Under the pieces are notes generated by a model. That model had not been told where the DNA came from. It worked only from the letters and a program-made list of their open reading frames with translations, and searched no databases. Position numbers and translations under genes: made by a program. Below are positions 25,306-44,254 of a DNA stretch of 64,000 nucleotides, one piece after another; the first letter of the stretch is position 1; each line of letters starts with the position of its first letter. Origin of the DNA: Dictyostelium discoideum (taxonomy: Eukaryota); assembly GCA_000004695.1 (NCBI GenBank), contig CM000153.2, positions 2,912,001 through 2,976,000 of the forward strand. Direction: 5' to 3'.

Positions 25306-26234
25306 ATGGGTAAAAGTAATACGATAGTATTATCCAATGAAAAGGATATACAATTAAGAATTCAACAATTAGAAGAAAGAAAAGAGAAAAGAAAGAATGT
25401 TAAACTTTTATTTAGTCCAATTAAAACAACAAAATACTTTTTATATATTTTAAAAGATACCCTTGTCAGTGGAATTCGATATTTTCAAACTAGACCATTC
25501 TTATTATTCTTTATTGCATTATTTGCATCATTAACTTTTATTGCAGTTTATGTACCAGGTGAACATCAAAAGGTAAATAAATAACAACAATAATAATAAT
25601 AATAATAGTAATGCTATATATATATGTATATTAAAATTTTAATATATTATTTTTTTTATTTTTTTTATCAAAAGTATATGGGTAAATATTCAGATTTAAT
25701 TTCAGATTGTATTTGGTGGGTTGGGTTAGGTGTATTATCATCAATTGGATTAGGAACAGGATTACATACATTTGTATTATATTTAGGACCACATATTGCC
25801 AAGGTAACATTGGCAGCAACCGAGTGGAATAGCGTAAATTTCAATGTTTATGGTGCCAATAGTTTTATTCAACCAGCAACAGCAATGATTGGTGGTGTTT
25901 CATTTTGGATGATTTTACAAAAAGTGCAATGGGCAGCACTATTTTGGGGTGCAGGTACAGCCATTGGTGAATTACCTCCATACTTTGTCGCTCGTACTGC
26001 AAGATTAAAAGGTTTGAAATTAGAACAAGAAAAGAAACTAAAAGAACAACAAGAAAAACCAATCGATGAAAAAGATCAACCAAAGAAAGGTCTTTTAGAA
26101 AGATTATCTGAAAAAGTTCCAGCTTTAATTGGTAATCTTGGTTTCTTTGGTATTTTAGCTTTTGCTTCTGTATGTTTTTTTTACTTTTTTTTTTTTTTTT
26201 CATCACCAATCATCCATTTTATATTAATATTAAT

Positions 26235-26270
<36 letters not shown>

Positions 26271-26857
26271 TATTGTTTTTATTTATTTAGATACCAAATC
26301 CATTATTTGATTTAGCAGGTATTACATGTGGTCACTTTTTAGTACCATTTTGGAAATTCTTTGGTGCAACATTCATTGGTAAAGCAGTTGTTAAAGCACA
26401 TATTCAAGCATGTTTTGTAATTTTAGCTTTTAATATGGAAACACTTACAATGGTTATTTCTTTTATTGAAGATAAAATTCCATTCCTTAAAAATAAAATT
26501 CAACCAATTTTAGAAAAAGAAAGACAAAAATTAAATTCAACTGTATCAGCAAATTCACCAGTAAGTTATTTTTTATTTTTTTATTTTTTTTTTTTGATCA
26601 CTTTAAAATCTAAAAAATATCTACAAATACTAATATATTAATTTTTTTTTTTTTTTTTTTTTTAAAAAAAAATATAGAAAAGTTTAGTAGGACTTGCTTG
26701 GGATTGTGTTTTATTTTTAATGATTTCTTATTTCTTAATGTCAATTGTTGACTCAAGTGTTCAAGAATATCTTATCGAAAAAGATAATAAAAAGATTGAA
26801 TTATTGAAATCAAAACTCGAAAAACAACAACCAAAAGAAACTAAAAAAACAAAATAA
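25306..26857 (+). CDS. vmp1: Vacuole membrane protein 1 (VMP1/TMEM49 ortholog), about 404 aa, 4 exons
   Basis: Exons 25306..25572, 25675..26169, 26291..26560 and 26678..26857, with GTAAAT/GTATGT/GTAAGT donors, AG acceptors and all junctions in phase 0. The protein aligns along its length with human VMP1: GLGVLSSIGLGTGLHTFVLYLGPHIAKVTLAATEWNSVNF, GTAIGELPPYFVARTARL, GFFGILAFAS|IPNPLFDLAGITCGHFLVPFWKFFGATFIGKA. Confidence 0.9.
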
Positions 26858-26886
26858 AGATTTTAAATAAATTATCATTCTTTTTA

Positions 26887-26925
<39 letters not shown>

Positions 26926-26980
26926 AATTTTAAATATCTATTTTTATTTTTTTACTTTTTTTTTTTATTACTATTTTTAC

Positions 26981-27013
<33 letters not shown>

Positions 27014-27039
27014 ATTATTATTTTTATATTACAAAAAAT

Positions 27040-28437
<1,398 letters not shown>

Positions 28438-28746
28438 GATTGCTTTTCTTGATTTTATTAATTTTTTTTTTTAAATTTATGATTATTTTAATTTGATTTT
28501 TGATTGATGATGGATTAATAATTTTTTTTTTTTTTTTTTCTTTTTTTATTTAAGAGATTGATTAAATCAAATATTTGAGTGAATGAATATATGAATTAAA
28601 ACAAAGAAATAATTATTTTTTTTATAATTTTTATTTTTTTTTTTTGTGTGTTGTATGTTTTTTTTTTTATTTTTTTTTAATATTTTTTTTTTGTTTTTTT
28701 TTATTTTTTTATTTTTATAAAAATTAAAAATTTAATTAAAAAAAAA

Positions 28747-28789
<43 letters not shown>

Positions 28790-29520
28790 CCCAAATTCAT
28801 CGAATTTCGAAAATAAAAAAATAAAATTACTCCATTTGAAATAGATATGATCTCAGATAATAAAATAAATATTTTTCATAGGTAAAAATAAAATTTAATC
28901 AAAAAATTTCCACAAAAATAAAATACCAAACTAAATAGAAATTTTAGAATAAAAATAGAAATATTTAATTTGTTTGTAATAAATAAAAATAATCCCTATT
29001 TAAAATTTTTTTATTTTTTTTTTTATTTTTTTAATTTACCCAGCTATTGTTTTTTTTATTTTTGGTATTTAAAAGATATAACCATTTTTTTTTTTTTTTA
29101 ATTTTTTTTATTTATTTAAATAGGAAAGTATATTTAATTTATTTGTATATTATCAATTTTAAAATTTTAAATATTTTCAAATAATATTGTAAAAAGAATT
29201 TTTTTACATGTAAAAGTAAATGAAAAATAAAAAAAATTAATCAATAATTTTTTTTTTTTTGATAACATTAACAAAATTTTGTATACCATTTACCAGATCA
29301 GTTATCTACATTAAAAAAGAAGGGGTGTTTAAAAATACAATCAGTTTTATTAATAGAAAAAAAATAGATATTTGGTGGGTAAATTATTAGAAAATATGGG
29401 TTTTTCAAATTTTTTTTTTTTTTTATTTTTAATTTTTTTTTTTTTTCCATTTTTTTTTTTTAAAAATTATTTTTAAACCTTTTTTTTTTCACTTTTATTT
29501 ATATAATTATTTATTAAAAA

Positions 29521-29856
29521 ATGAAAAAAGTACAAACTGAAAAGTGTGATCAATGTAGCACAACTGTTTATTTTGCCGAGCGTGCAACTACTGATGGTAA
29601 TGAATAAAATCCAGATATTTATGTTAACATTTTTAATTAATTCTAACTAAATCAATTATTTAATAATAGGCAAAATTTTCCATACAAAATGCTTAGGTTT
29701 ATATTTAAAAACTAAAAAAGTTCCATTACTTGGAAGATATCCAGGGTAAGTCATCAATATTAATAATCTCACCACATCTCAAAAAAATAAAAATAAACAA
29801 TCAAGGTTATAACTTTCAGAACTTTTATTTTCATCCAAAAATTAAAAAAACAAAAA

Positions 29857-29898
<42 letters not shown>

Positions 29899-29979
29899 TT
29901 ACTGACACTTTCATACTTTCCTATTTTTTAAATCAGTGACGAAGATAGAATTGCATGTCAATTGACACCAAAAAATTAA
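29521..29979 (+). CDS. Small 3-exon gene encoding a 64-aa CRIP/LIM-like half zinc-finger protein (tentative)
   Basis: Exons 29521..29596, 29670..29745 and 29937..29979, with phases 1/2 consistent and donors GTAATG and GTAAGT. KCDQCSTTVYFAERATTDGKIFHTKCL matches the first zinc finger of CRIP/LIM domains (CxxCxxxVYFAER...GKxWHxxCL). No second finger is present. Confidence 0.35.
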
Positions 29980-30481
29980 TTGTAATATAAAAAAAAAAAA
30001 AACAAAAAAAAAACAAAAAAAAATTTTAAATAAAAATACTTTATTACTTTATTTATTTATTTTTTAAATTTAATTTATTACATCAAAATTTTATTTTATT
30101 TTATTTATTTTTATTTTTTATTTTTTATTTTTTATTTTTTTTTGGTAAAATTAAGAGATATAAAAATTAATTTAATAACTTTGGTTTTTTTTTTTTTTTT
30201 TACCAATAGAGTTCCTAAAAAAAATTGATAAAAAAAAAAAAAAGTTTGGAAATTGTTGTCAACCTAAAAAAAAAAAACTTTTTTTAACTCAAAAAAACAA
30301 AAATATTTTGGTCATTTGTCCCTTGTGTTTGTTACAAAAAAAGTATGAGAAAATTCTCTTAATGTTTTTTGTTTTTACCATTTTTTTTTTTCCTTATTTT
30401 ATAAAAAAAAAAAAAAAAGTTTTTAAATAAAAATCTTTTAAAACAAACAAAATAAAATAAATAATAATAACAAATCAATAC

Positions 30482-34715
<4,234 letters not shown>

Positions 34716-34824
34716 AATTATAAATAAAATAAACAATAAAATTTAAATAACTTTTGTATATACAAACAAAAATATATATTTATATTTATTAATTTTTTAA
34801 TTTATTTAATTTTTTAAAAATTAA

Positions 34825-37800
34825 TTATTTTGGTACATTATTATTATTATTATTATTGTTATAAGCAGAACTTGAAGAACTACCTAAAGATGAGGTTGAC
34901 ATATTAATAGAACTTGGTAAAGTTGGTGATCTTGATCTAGTTAAAAGATCTTTAGTGGTTGATAAACGTTTTGCTTTTGATTTTTCTTTTAAGATGAAAT
35001 AGGTTTCAAGTAAATGAATCTCTTCAATTAATCTTTGATTCTTTTCTTCCTCTCTACGTAATTTATCTTCCAATTCAATATTTTTGATGAATTCATTTGA
35101 GACAACGGTTTCTTTTTGAAGTGATGATCTTAAGTCTTCAACCTCTCTAAGATAATGAGTATAATCTCTAGAGACTCGGTTATCTCTATGTAAATTATTA
35201 ATGGTATCTCTAATTTGATCCAATTTTTGTTCAATAACAGCATTACTATATTGTGGATTTGCTTGGAATGGAATTTGTTGTTGTTGTTGTTGTTGTTGTT
35301 GATATTGTTGATATTGTTGTTGTAGCAATACAAGATTCTCTGGTTCAAAGCAACTTTGAGATCTTTGACGTGTGAATGCAGATGAAGATGATACAGAAAT
35401 TGGTGTTTGATTTGGTTGCTCATTACCAAACATCATTAAATTATTATTTGAATAATAATCATCATCATAAATTTCACGTGAATAACGAAAGTTTGAAGAT
35501 GATTGTGTAAGATCAACTGGTTTATATCTATTTGAAGAGAATCTATTACTACCACTTGATGTAGTTGTAGTTGTAGTGGTTTGTTGTTGTTGTTGCTGTT
35601 GTTGTTGTTGATATTGTAATGGTATTTGAGATTGTTGAGTTTGTTGATATTGTTGTTGTTGGATTTGAAGTTGTTGTAATTGCATTTGTAATTGTTGATT
35701 AATAGTATTACTATATCTTCTATTTGAGGAGGAGGATGAGCCATTACCATAATTTTTACTATTACGATTACTACCTCCACTACCGTCTATTGTAGAGATA
35801 ATATTTGCTGTAGATCTTGTTAATGTTGAATTCACTGATGAAGATGAGGAAGAAAGACCAAATAAATTTAATCTTTCTCTTGGTGATAATCTCTTCTTTT
35901 CAATCTCTCTTTCAATCTCTTTATTAATATCTCTACTTGCTCTCTTCTCTTGTTTATTATTGATGGTTCTATCTTTGTATCTTTCTAAATCGATTGAATA
36001 ACGTAATAGTTTCTCTCTCTCTTTCTCTTCTCTTGTTTTCTTTTCCTTTGAATATCTATCAATCTTTTCTTTAATTTGTTGAATTGCAGCTTTTGTATCT
36101 TCATTGTTTGTATATGCAACACTTCTTCTATAGATTTTAGATTGATCAGTTGTATTATTACCACCACCACCACCACCAACGCCAACACTTGTATTACTAC
36201 CAACGCTAAGAGAACTACCTCCATTACCACCACCACTGCCAACACTAAGAGAACTACCACCATTACCACCATTACCACCACCAATACTAAGAGAACCACC
36301 ATTTGGAGTTGTACCAGTAGTACCACTTGGTCCACCATTATAAAGATAATTTCTATTGACATTATATTGAGTATCTTCTATGTATTGAGTTAAATCCAAA
36401 TTTGGATCAACTCTAAAGGTTCTACGATCAGATTTTGTAGAGTTTGTATCACTAATTGGTTGAATTGATTGTTGTGATTGTGATAAAGATGATGATGATT
36501 GTTTTTCTTGTTGCTGTTGTTGTTGTTGCTGCTGTTGTAACATTTGTTGTTGTTGTTCAGGTGAAAAAGTAGTAGTAACAGTAAAAGTAATTGGAGCAGT
36601 AGAATCATGTGGAGATGTGATTGTAGTTGAAGTGATAGTTGAAGAGGAAGGACTATTATTTTGACCATTTGAGGGTAATAAACCAGAGATAGTAATAGAA
36701 GCAGGTCTACTTGAATATCTTTTCTCACCACCACTTGTTGTCATAATATTGATTGGTTGAGTTGGAGCAGACTCTACTAATTTCTCTTCATATGGTCTCA
36801 TATAGTAAAGATGATGTTGTGGAAAAACTTCATTATAAAAGAAATCGTGCATTTGAATTGAATAGGTAACGATTGCAGGTACACAATTTAGGGTTGGTAC
36901 TAAACAAATGGCAATATTTGAAATTGTCATTTTATTTTGATCGGATCTACTCATAAGTTTACCTAAGAGATTTGTTAATTCTTGCATTACTTCAAAATGT
37001 ACAGTTGGTAATTGATGCACCAATACACGTAAATTGCTAAGTATTTCCATATCGACAGGTTTCTTTTTGCCTTCTTCATCAATGAATAATGATACCACAC
37101 GTTTATTGATTGATTGTGGTACGAATACAGGTAAATCTCTAAAGAATCTTTTCAATAGACCTGCAGCTGTATAGGGTTCTATGGGAGAGACATCAACATC
37201 TTCACCATTATCGAATAGTTTTATATATTGATTGATTGTTAAATCCACACCGGGTATACGAAATAAACCCTCGGAATTCAATGATGTTCTCTCTATATGA
37301 TCAATGAGTTTTTCGATGATTATTGGTACATTTGAACCCGCTCTACATGGTACCTGAGTCAATGGTACTCCAAATATTTTACGTGCATTTGGATTATATA
37401 TAAATGGTATACCATTATTCATAACGATTTGTGTTGTTTCATCATATTGATTGTTTGTATAAATATGTCTTATATAATAATTGTTTGATGCTAAATTTAC
37501 ATGTTGTGTTTGTTGTTGTTGTTGAATTGGTTGTGTTAATTGATGATTGTGATTATGATTATGGTTATGACTATGACTATGATGACTAGTTGCTATATGA
37601 TGATTGGCTGTATATTGAAGGTGCCCTATTTCGTCATGATGATTACGTGATAGAGTTGGTGAATTATCTCCACTATATGATTCATTTTGATGATGTTTAC
37701 TATGTTTTTTATCTTTTTTTGATAAACTTGATGTTGGTGACCTATCTGTTCCACTATTACCACTACTACCACTACTACCTGTATAATCTTGTTTATCACC

Positions 37801-37854
37801 TTCCTTTTTATCTTTATGAAAAATTTGTACAGATCTTCTAAATATATTTTTCAT
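34825..37854 (-). CDS. Rho GTPase-activating protein (RhoGAP domain) with Q-rich and coiled-coil regions, 1009 aa
   Basis: ATG ORF. RhoGAP domain with the arginine finger: GVPLTQVPCRAGSNVPIIIEKLIDHIE...EGLFRIPG...YTAAGLLKRFFRDLP...VHQLP...NKMTISNIAICLVPTL. Flanked by poly-Q/H and G/N-rich tracts and a C-terminal coiled coil. Confidence 0.8.
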   Translation of the reverse strand: MKNIFRRSVQIFHKDKKEGDKQDYTGSSGSSGNSGTDRSPTSSLSKKDKKHSKHHQNESYSGDNSPTLSRNHHDEIGHLQYTANHHIATSHHSHSHNHNHNHNHQLTQPIQQQQQTQHVNLASNNYYIRHIYTNNQYDETTQIVMNNGIPFIYNPNARKIFGVPLTQVPCRAGSNVPIIIEKLIDHIERTSLNSEGLFRIPGVDLTINQYIKLFDNGEDVDVSPIEPYTAAGLLKRFFRDLPVFVPQSINKRVVSLFIDEEGKKKPVDMEILSNLRVLVHQLPTVHFEVMQELTNLLGKLMSRSDQNKMTISNIAICLVPTLNCVPAIVTYSIQMHDFFYNEVFPQHHLYYMRPYEEKLVESAPTQPINIMTTSGGEKRYSSRPASITISGLLPSNGQNNSPSSSTITSTTITSPHDSTAPITFTVTTTFSPEQQQQMLQQQQQQQQQQEKQSSSSLSQSQQSIQPISDTNSTKSDRRTFRVDPNLDLTQYIEDTQYNVNRNYLYNGGPSGTTGTTPNGGSLSIGGGNGGNGGSSLSVGSGGGNGGSSLSVGSNTSVGVGGGGGGNNTTDQSKIYRRSVAYTNNEDTKAAIQQIKEKIDRYSKEKKTREEKEREKLLRYSIDLERYKDRTINNKQEKRASRDINKEIEREIEKKRLSPRERLNLFGLSSSSSSVNSTLTRSTANIISTIDGSGGSNRNSKNYGNGSSSSSNRRYSNTINQQLQMQLQQLQIQQQQYQQTQQSQIPLQYQQQQQQQQQQTTTTTTTSSGSNRFSSNRYKPVDLTQSSSNFRYSREIYDDDYYSNNNLMMFGNEQPNQTPISVSSSSAFTRQRSQSCFEPENLVLLQQQYQQYQQQQQQQQQIPFQANPQYSNAVIEQKLDQIRDTINNLHRDNRVSRDYTHYLREVEDLRSSLQKETVVSNEFIKNIELEDKLRREEEKNQRLIEEIHLLETYFILKEKSKAKRLSTTKDLLTRSRSPTLPSSINMSTSSLGSSSSSAYNNNNNNNNVPK

Positions 37855-38298
37855 TTATTATTTTTATTATTATTATTATTTTTAATTTTTTTTTTTATAA
37901 TAATTCTATTTTTATAATAAACTAAAATTTAAATATATTTGTATTGTATTATTATTATCTAGTATTAAAAATTTATTACTAGTATTAATTTGTAAAAAAA
38001 AAAAACTATTACTAGCAGAAGGAAAATAATATATATATATATATAAAAAAAAGTGTTTTTATTATATTATTATTTTATTATTGTGAAGCTAAAAATTTAA
38101 TATTAAAAATAAAAGTGGTTAGAATAACTTTTTTATTTTTTTTTTTTTATTTTTTTTTTTTTGTATTTGTTTTTCAAAATACATATATTATATTGGTGTT
38201 GATTTAAAAAGTGTGATAATAAATTTAGTGTGTAGTTCTTTATTCGAATTTGTGTTAATGAGGCTTGTATAGTGGGTGTGTGTTGTGTGTGTGTGGTA

Positions 38299-38403
<105 letters not shown>

Positions 38404-38718
38404 TTTTTTTTTTTTTTTTTTTTTAAAATTTAATTTTTTTTTTTTTTTTTTATTTATTTATTTTTATTATTTACAAAAAAATTTATGGTATCAGTGATGG
38501 TGTGATATTCTATATTTGATTTATAGGAAATGTACTATAAAATAAACTTTTAGTTCTTTATTGTCTTTCCTATTTTTTTTTTCTTTTTCTTTTTCTTTTT
38601 TTTTTTTTTTTTTTAATATTTTGGATTGTTATTTTTTTTTTTATTATTTGTAACAAATAATTTGTTATTTTATACAACTCTATTTTTTTTTTTTTTTTTT
38701 TTTTTTTTTTCCTACAGG

Positions 38719-38753
<35 letters not shown>

Positions 38754-39021
38754 GTGTCACTTATGTTTGTTATAACTATAGTTGTTGGAGTGTGTGTGTG
38801 TGTAAATTTAACAAATACTACCACTATATATAATGGCAGTTGTTAATGGGTCAAAATCTACCTTTTTTTTTATTTTTATTTTTTTATTTTTTTTTTTTAG
38901 TGTTGAAAAAAATAAAATAAAATAATAATAATATTATTAATAATATGGGGAAACAAAATAACGGTTGAGTACTTTATTTCCCTTTGCTTCTTCTCCTCCT
39001 TGGTTTCTTTATTTTTTTTTT

Positions 39022-39072
<51 letters not shown>

Positions 39073-39532
39073 CTTATTATTAAAAAAAAAAAAAAAAAAA
39101 AAAAAATTTGAAAAAAAAAAAAATTTAAAAAAGGTTTAGGTTTGCAATCAAAAAAAAAAAAAAAATTAAAAAAATAAAAAATAAAAAAAAAAATTTCAAA
39201 AAATAAAAAAAAATAAAAAATATCTTTTTTTTATTTCAAATAATAAGAAATTTAGTTTAAAAAATGATATTAATAATAATATTTTATTTTATTTTAATTT
39301 TTTTTTTTACCAGTTAAATTAAATACAGATATCAATTTTGTTACTATTATTAGTATTTTTTATTTTTTTTATTTTTTTTTTACCATGCTAATACCATCAC
39401 CTAATACATAATTTTTTTTAATCAGCCTCCATTTTTCAAAAAATTTTTTTTATTTTTTTTTTTTATTTTTTTTTTTTATTTTTTATTTTAAATTTTTTAC
39501 TATTGCTAGATAATTTAATTTTATTAATTGAT

Positions 39533-40479
39533 ATGTTGAAAGATGATAATAATGATATAGGTCAACACCAACCAAGCCAACAACAACAACAAAATAATAA
39601 CGAAGATAATGACGATATGAGTGTGGGGGATTTATTTCTTAATAAATCATATGTCAAAAAAACACTAGAATATTTTGGAGTAAATGTCAATTTAAATGTT
39701 TTAGATTCAGCATCAAGTAAAAATTATATTTATTTATTTTTATTTTTATTTTTATTTTTATTTTTACAAGATTATTTTTTATAATAATAATAATATTAAC
39801 ATATTTTTATTTTATTTTTTTATTTTTTTTATTTTTTTTTAAAAAAAAATCAGCTGATTTTGATTTAACAGGTCAAGTAATTTGGCCATCAGCACAGGTA
39901 TTAACTCAATATATTATAAAGAATCAAGAAGAATATAAGAATAAGAAAATTTTAGAAGTTGGATCAGGAGTTGGTGTATGTGGATTATTTTTAGCAAAAT
40001 TAGGTCAACCATGTACTCTTAGTGATAATAATGAGGTTGTATTAGATTTACTAAGATTAAATGTTGAAGAGTCAACAGCAGATGGTTATAAATGTGATTG
40101 TATTAAATTAGATTGGGGTAATCAAGAAGATATGGATAATTGTTTACTAAAATCAAAAGATAATGATAATAGTGCTGGTGGATTTGATATGATAATTGGA
40201 TCGGATATAGTTTATTGGAAAATTGGAATTGTACCATTATTTAAAACAGTTTCATATTTACTTAAACATAATGATGAAAACTCAAGATTTGTTACATGTT
40301 ATCAATCAAGATCAACTCAAACTGATAATTATCTTTTAGAACAAGCAACTTTACATGGATTCGAATATGAATTCAAACCAATAGAAACATTTTTAGATCG
40401 TTCTCTTTTAACTTTTAATGAAGATTCAACAATTTCAATTATTAATTTAATAATTTTTAAAAGAATAAAAAAAAATTAA
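39533..40479 (+). CDS. Methyltransf_16 (METTL21/FAM86-like) protein-lysine N-methyltransferase, about 270 aa
   Basis: Two exons, 39533..39716 and 39854..40479, phase 1, donor GTAAAA. The first real ATG is at 39533; the track start at 39503 is a TTG. Motifs: GQVIWPSAQVL, the SAM-binding ILEVGSGVGVCGL, LDWG and GSDIVY. Confidence 0.7.
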
Positions 40480-40646
40480 TTCGTTTTTTTATTTTTTATT
40501 TTTTATTTTATTTTTTTTTTTTTCATTCGTTTTTTTATTTTTTTTTTTTTTATTTTTAATTTTTTAAAATTTTTTAATTTTTAATTTATTTATTTTCCAT
40601 ACACACACACAAATATAAATTTTAATAAAATAAATAAAATATAGAA

Positions 40647-41733
40647 ATGGGTAAACATGTACAATTAGTGATGGGTCCAGCTGGAAGTGGAAAGGTATTA
40701 TTTTTTATTTTTTATAAAAATTTAATAATATATATACTAATTCTTTTTATTCATATAAATATAAAGTCAACATATTGTGACACAATGAGAAAATATTGTG
40801 AAGAAATTAAAAGATCAGTACATATTGTAAATTTAGATCCAGCAGCAGAAGTATTTGAATATCCAGTATCGGTTGATATAAAGAATTTAGTTACAGTTGA
40901 TGAAGTTATGGATGAATTACATTATGGACCAAATGGTGGATTGGTTTATGCAATGGAATATTTAATAGAGAATATGGATTGGTTAACAGATGAATTGGGT
41001 GATTATGAAGATGACTATTTAATTATCGATTGTCCAGGTCAAATTGAATTATACTCTCATATACCAGTCATGAGAATACTGGTTGACCATTTACAACAAA
41101 TTGGGTATAGTGTTTGTTCTGTATTTTTAGTAGATTCTCAATTCATTCTAGATAATTGTAAATTTATAAGTGGTGCATTAATGTGTTTATCTGCTATGGT
41201 TCGTTTAGAAGTACCTCATATTAATGTTTTAACTAAAATTGATGTTTTAAAAACTTCTGATCAATATAAAGAAATTGAAAAGTAATTATATTTTAAATTA
41301 AATTTAGGTTAAAATATATATATATATAATATTAATTCATAAATTATATTTAGGTTTTTAGATTTAGAAGTACAAAATTTAGTTGAAGAATTAAATTTAG
41401 AAACTCATGATAGATATCATAGAATGAATAAAGCAATTGGTTCATTAGTAAGTTTTTTCAAAATATTATGGTTATACATATACATATATAGATACTAATT
41501 GTTATTATTATTATTATTATTTTTATTTTTAGTTGGAAGATTTTAGTTTAGTTGGTTTTGTACCATTGGATATTACAGATCAAGAGAGTTTGAATGTTTT
41601 ATTACAACATATTGATAATTCAATTCAATATGGTGAAGATTTAGAACCAAAGGAACCACCATTAGAGAATGATGATGATGATGATGATGACGAAGGTGAT
41701 GAAATCATTAGGATGATGAATGGAAATCTTTAA
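40647..41733 (+). CDS. gpn3: GPN-loop GTPase 3 (GPN3/ATPBD1C ortholog), 285 aa, 4 exons
   Basis: Exons 40647..40694, 40767..41281, 41354..41447 and 41533..41733, with phases 0, 2 and 0. The protein [16 protein letters not shown]|STYCDTM...VNLDPAAE...[12 protein letters not shown]...[15 protein letters not shown]...VFLVDSQF...EIEK|FLD...[21 protein letters not shown] aligns with human GPN3 along its length. Confidence 0.9.
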
Positions 41734-41915
41734 AAATGATTATGATATAAAATAAATAGTAAATAGTAAATAATATAATATTTGAATAGTTGTTATTTTT
41801 ATTTTGTCTATTTATTTTAGAGTTAATTAACCCAAGAAGGATTATTAAATATCTATTTTTTATTTTCTAGTTTTTTTTGATTTCTTTCAATTGTTTATTT
41901 TTACTTTTTTATGTG

Positions 41916-41950
<35 letters not shown>

Positions 41951-42585
41951 AAATCTATATGAGAATTTCCATTTAAAGATTAATTAATGTTATTATTATT
42001 TTTTTAATTTTAACTTTTTATAAACATTTTTTAATAGTTATTATAAAGGTATAATAAAAAAAAAAAAAAAAAAAAAAATTTATTAAAGTGTAAAATCAAA
42101 TTTCAATATATATAAAAAAAATAAAAAAAATAAAAATAAAATAATTAGAGTTTTATTAATGGCCCAAATTATACATTATTTTTATTTTATTTTATTTTAT
42201 TTTTTTTTTTCTCTAAAAACTGGGAAAAAAATATTTTTATAAGGCTTGATCGATTTGAGATTTTTTTTTTATTTTTAATTTTTTAATTCACAAACATTTC
42301 CCACTTTTTTTTTTTTTTTTTTTAGAAATTGACTATTTCCTTTAAATTTTATATTTTTTTTAAATTTTTAAATTTTTTTTGAAAGAGTTTTTTTTTTTTT
42401 GATTATTTAAACTAGAAATCATTTATAAAAATTTAAAAAATAATTAATTAAAAAATAAATTATTAAATAAAAAAATAAATAAATAAAATAAATAAATAAA
42501 AAAATAAATAAAAAAAAATATTTAAATAAATTAATATATAAATAATTTAATTGGTAAATAAAATAATATATATAAATAAATTAAA

Positions 42586-43503
42586 ATGTTTAAACAAGTT
42601 TTTACAATTACTTTTGGAGATTGTGCTGAAAATCACGTAAATATGGAGAAACTTGGATCAATGTCAGATCGAGGTTTTGATTTAGATGATGTTACTAAAT
42701 TTAAAGATTATTTTGAAAAGAAAGGATTAACTACAGAATTTTTTGATTTAAAAGATTTAGTTAAAAAGGATAAAAATAAAAACAAAGTAAATTTATTTAA
42801 AAAGAAAAATGAAGATAAAATGAATGAGGAAGAAAAAGAAGATGATGAAGAAAAAGAAAAAGAAAAAGAAAAAGAAAAAGAAAAAGAAAAAGAAAAAGAA
42901 AAAAAAGATGAAGAAGAAGAAGAATTATTAAATTATAATGATGCATATTTATTAATTGTTAGAAATGGATTATCATCAATTTGTAATGTTAATGATTTTC
43001 ATCAAGAACAAAATAAATTAGAAAAAGATAAAAAGGCATTTATGTATGGTAGAGTTGTAAATAAAACAGCTAGACATAATCTTTGTTTTACAGATGGTGA
43101 GTCACGTGAACCAGAATATGAAAAGGGTAAGGGTAGGTTGGTATCTTTTAACGATTGTCCATTATTGAATAAAGCAAGGGAGACATTTATAGATATCCTT
43201 GGTGATAAAGCTGATGGATTGGTTGCTGAGGGTAATTACTATTATGAACCAAGCAAATGTGGAATTGGCTGGCATGGTGATGCTGAACGTCGTAAAGTGA
43301 TTGCAATCAGAACTGGTCAAAGAATGAATATTTGTTTCAATTGGTTCATAGATTCAAAACCTGTTGGAAATAAATTCATTCAATTTTTAAATCATGGTGA
43401 TATCTATATTATGTCTGAATATACAACTGGTTTCAATTGGAGAAAAAAGAAAATTCCTACTCTTAGACATTCTGCTGGTTGTTCAAAATTCACTTCATTA
43501 TAA
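42586..43503 (+). CDS. AlkB-like 2OG-Fe(II) oxygenase superfamily protein, 305 aa (tentative family)
   Basis: ATG ORF with an N-terminal (EKEK)n acidic repeat. The C-terminal core NYYYEPSKCGIGWHGDAERRKVIAIRTGQRMNICFNWF...LNHGDIYIMSEYTTGF...LRHSAG parallels E. coli AlkB (NRY.PG...LSLHQDKDE...PIVSVSLG...FQF...HGDVVVWGGESR..FYHGI). It has an HxD...H triad and a distal R.S. Confidence 0.5.
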   Translation: MFKQVFTITFGDCAENHVNMEKLGSMSDRGFDLDDVTKFKDYFEKKGLTTEFFDLKDLVKKDKNKNKVNLFKKKNEDKMNEEEKEDDEEKEKEKEKEKEKEKEKEKKDEEEEELLNYNDAYLLIVRNGLSSICNVNDFHQEQNKLEKDKKAFMYGRVVNKTARHNLCFTDGESREPEYEKGKGRLVSFNDCPLLNKARETFIDILGDKADGLVAEGNYYYEPSKCGIGWHGDAERRKVIAIRTGQRMNICFNWFIDSKPVGNKFIQFLNHGDIYIMSEYTTGFNWRKKKIPTLRHSAGCSKFTSL

Positions 43504-43770
43504 TTAAAATTTTTAATTTTTAAATAGTTATTTTTTATTGATTTTTATTACTTTTTTTTTACTAATTTTAAATAAATAAATATAATTTTTTAATTTTTTT
43601 TTCATTTATATATTAAAACTCTTTTTTTTATTTATAATTTTATTTTATTTAAGATATAACATTGTTTATTTACATTTTTGAAACAAATCTATTTTTAATG
43701 AAAAACTTCTCATCACCATTTTGGTAACTTTTTTTTTGGTGATAAATTGCAATGTATTCAATCTATATTA

Positions 43771-44181
43771 TTATTTAGAAAAAAAGAAAAAAAAAAGATA
43801 AATTAAATTAATAAATATATTAAAAATTTTTAAAAAAAAGAAAAATAAAATTATACATACACAGAATTCATTTGAATTAATTTTATCATTTAAATAATTA
43901 AATTTAAAGTCAAAACCTATATTAGAAACATTACATGATAAATATTTTACATTTGAAATGGTTGATTGGCTAATTGATTTAAAATAAATTGCCAACTTTG
44001 GAGTATTGGTGAATGGAATATCAAAAATAATTCTTTGGGTTTGGTCATTGTTTTTTTCATTACAAACAATATCTCCAACATTAATTTCTGTTTTAACATT
44101 TTTAAAATTAAAATTCTTGAAAATATTATTTTCAATATTATTATTATTAATGTTATTTATATTATTTGTTTCTTCTATCAT
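43771..44181 (-). CDS. Small H-type lectin domain protein (tentative); C-terminal boundary uncertain
   Basis: ATG ORF. TEINVGDIVCNEKNNDQTQRIIFDIPFTNTPKLAIYFKSISQSTISNVKYLSCNVSNIGFDFKF fits the H-type lectin pattern (..F..PF..PkV.....s.d.......v...nvt..GF......). The last roughly 27 aa are poly-F/L junk, and a GTATGT lies after NEFC, so the true 3' end may differ. Confidence 0.4.
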   Translation of the reverse strand: MIEETNNINNINNNNIENNIFKNFNFKNVKTEINVGDIVCNEKNNDQTQRIIFDIPFTNTPKLAIYFKSISQSTISNVKYLSCNVSNIGFDFKFNYLNDKINSNEFCVCIILFFFFLKIFNIFINLIYLFFFFFSK

Positions 44182-44220
44182 TCTATTTAATTATTGAAAT
44201 TAATATTAAATATTTTTTAG

Positions 44221-44254
<34 letters not shown>
